Source: Kiritimatiellia bacterium (GTDB taxonomy: Bacteria; Verrucomicrobiota; Kiritimatiellia; RFP12; UBA3636). From it: a DNA stretch of 46,561 nucleotides. The notes under the pieces are model-generated. The model saw nothing but the letters and a program-made list of their open reading frames with translations, was not told the DNA's origin and ran no database searches. Positions 45,182 through 46,561 of this stretch are shown here, one piece after another. Position 1 is the first letter of the stretch. Each line of letters opens with the position of its first letter. The stretch lies in assembly GCA_017457625.1 (NCBI GenBank), contig JAFTHC010000132.1, forward strand, positions 1 through 46,561, in the 5' to 3' direction. The position numbers were made by a program, and so were the translations under genes.

Positions 45182-46012
45182 ATGAAGACGCGTCCCACTC
45201 TCGCCATCGCCGCCAACGAAACGCTCCCGGCCGCACCCGCGGCCCTGCGCGCCGTCCGCGCGGCCGCGCGCCGGCTCGGGATCGCGCTCGCGCCCGAGGC
45301 GGAAGCCCGGCGCGCGGACGCGCTGCTCGTCCTGGGCGGGGACGGGTCGATGCTCCGCGCCGCGCACCGCCACGCCGCGCTCGGCAAGCCGTTCCTCGCC
45401 GTGAACGCCGGCTCGCTCGGCTACCTCTCCTCCGCCCCGCTCGACGGCGCCGAAGAGCTGCTGCGCGCCTGGCGCGACGGCGAGTGCGAGCGCGTCGGGC
45501 GCTCGATGCTGCGCGCGCAGGTGCGCCGCGGCGGCAACGGCCCGGCGGGCCCCGCCCACCTGGCGCTCAACGACCTCGTGGCCCTGCGCAGCGACACGGG
45601 GCGCGTCGTCGCGCTCGACCTTTCCGTCGACGGCAACGACGTGGCGTCGTTCCGCTGCGACGGCCTGATCCTGGCCACGCCGACCGGCTCCACGGCCTAT
45701 TCGCTCTCGGCCGGCGGCCCGATCCTCGCGCCGGGCGCCTCCGCGTTCGTCGTGAGCGTCGTCTGCCCGCACACGCTCGCGGCGCGGCCGCTCGTGCTCC
45801 CCGCCGAAAGCGTCGTCACGGTCCGCGTCGCGCGCGCCGAGGCGCCGGTCGGCTTCTCGGCCGACGGCGCGCTGCGCGCCCGCCTGCGTCCCGGCGACAC
45901 GTTCACCGCCACGACCGCCGCGCTCGCGATCACCCTCCTCTCGCTCCCCGGCGCGGACCCCTTCCGCCCCCTCCGCGAAAAACTCGGCTGGAGCGGCGCC
46001 GCCCTGCGCTGA
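45182..46012 (+). CDS. nadK: NAD kinase
   Basis: LVLGGDGSMLRA, GSLGYL, NDLV and DGLILATPTGSTAYSLSAGGPIL. Confidence 0.9.
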   Translation: MKTRPTLAIAANETLPAAPAALRAVRAAARRLGIALAPEAEARRADALLVLGGDGSMLRAAHRHAALGKPFLAVNAGSLGYLSSAPLDGAEELLRAWRDGECERVGRSMLRAQVRRGGNGPAGPAHLALNDLVALRSDTGRVVALDLSVDGNDVASFRCDGLILATPTGSTAYSLSAGGPILAPGASAFVVSVVCPHTLAARPLVLPAESVVTVRVARAEAPVGFSADGALRARLRPGDTFTATTAALAITLLSLPGADPFRPLREKLGWSGAALR

Positions 46013-46030
46013 TCCGCGCCGTCTCTCCCG

Positions 46031-46561
46031 ATGCGCCTCCTTCTCGCCGCCGCAACCGCGTGTCTCGCCGTTTCCGGCATGGTCCGCGGCGACGTCCTTT
46101 CCCCGTTTTCGCTTGCGGCCCGGCTGGAAGCGCGAATCGCGTCCGGCGACGGAATCACGCTGCCGGACGCGGAACTCGAAATCGTCCGTCACGCGGGAAC
46201 CGTCGATCTCGCACGCGGGGAATGGCCGGAGGCGTTTCGCGCCCGCGCCGGCGAAGCGGTTTGCGTGGCGGTGTCTCCGTTCACGGGCTGCTACGAGTTT
46301 TTCGACGAATCCGGAGCGGTCTTCTGGACCGTCGTCCCCGTCTCCCCGACGACGGACAACTGGGTTGCGCCGTTCCGGCACGCGGAGGCGGGACCGAAGC
46401 CAGACGACGGCCTCTACGCCCCCTGGCGGCTCGTGGACGTGTGGAAGTTGTCTCACGCGGAGTCCGCGGAGTCTGCGGAGTTGCTTGGCGGGACGTGCTC
46501 TTCGAGCGCACCGAACGCCGCCGCAGGCGGCCTTCGAACGGTTGCGGGGCAACCTTCGAAC
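46031..46561 (+). CDS. partial (3'-truncated by the window edge) putative secreted hypothetical protein
   Basis: My own translation from the ATG at 46031 is open to the window end. Signal-peptide-like MRLLLAAATACLAVSG. It is absent from the ORF track because no stop codon is reached. It runs through the CGCGGAG repeat (SHAESAESAE). Confidence 0.5.
   Translation, partial: MRLLLAAATACLAVSGMVRGDVLSPFSLAARLEARIASGDGITLPDAELEIVRHAGTVDLARGEWPEAFRARAGEAVCVAVSPFTGCYEFFDESGAVFWTVVPVSPTTDNWVAPFRHAEAGPKPDDGLYAPWRLVDVWKLSHAESAESAELLGGTCSSSAPNAAAGGLRTVAGQPSN
46454..46480 (+). repeat. three NNCGCGGAG 9-mers, inverted copy of 146-172
   Basis: CACGCGGAGTCCGCGGAGTCTGCGGAG. Also matches 5639-5656. Confidence 0.8.

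Overview
This is a high-GC bacterial chromosome segment, coded on the + strand except for glgP.

**Accessory mosaic, about 1-32.6 kb.** It reads like a defence or conflict island and contains, in order:
- An alpha/beta hydrolase and a gene with an interrupted reading frame.
- A DUF2828/vWA (Ro60-like architecture) gene. It sits behind an AT-rich strong promoter that drives a roughly 200-nt CA-rich RNA, and it is bracketed by two paralogous genes of about 95 aa.
- A low-GC block of small hypothetical genes (5.2-8.9 kb) with their own TTGACATTTTC-type promoters.
- A LlaJI/McrBC-type restriction-modification (R-M) locus: GIY-YIG nuclease, structured RNA, C5-methyltransferase, McrB-like GTPase, McrC/LlaJI-like nuclease and Vsr.
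- An ADP-ribosylation cluster: PARG-like macrodomain, mini PARP-like ADP-ribosyltransferase (ART) candidate, NADAR, and a PfkB-kinase::nucleoside-deoxyribosyltransferase-like fusion.
- A signalling island of about 11.7 kb: an ECF-like sigma factor, a non-RD Ser/Thr kinase, a Sel1-repeat protein, a second sigma factor, a double AAA+ ATPase, a metallophosphatase, a Zn-ribbon protein, a TerY-like vWA protein and a kinase-FHA fusion.

**Housekeeping genes, 32.6-46.5 kb:** glgP (minus strand), clpC, a parvulin PPIase, an FHA protein, ispF, cysS, a SWIM-SNF2 helicase, nadK and a partial secreted protein.

**Recurrent sequence-level themes:**
- Many start codons lie 6-8 nt after a -10 hexamer, which implies leaderless mRNAs.
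- Promoter cassettes are re-used.
- A dispersed family of 7-9-nt tandem arrays (CGCAGAG/CGCGGAG, CCGACCAT, TCGATTT) runs into coding sequence.
- GC-rich hairpins occur with and without T-tracts.

I recognised no rRNA, tRNA, CRISPR array, transposase or integrase. All functional calls rest on motifs read by eye and need HMM or structure confirmation.
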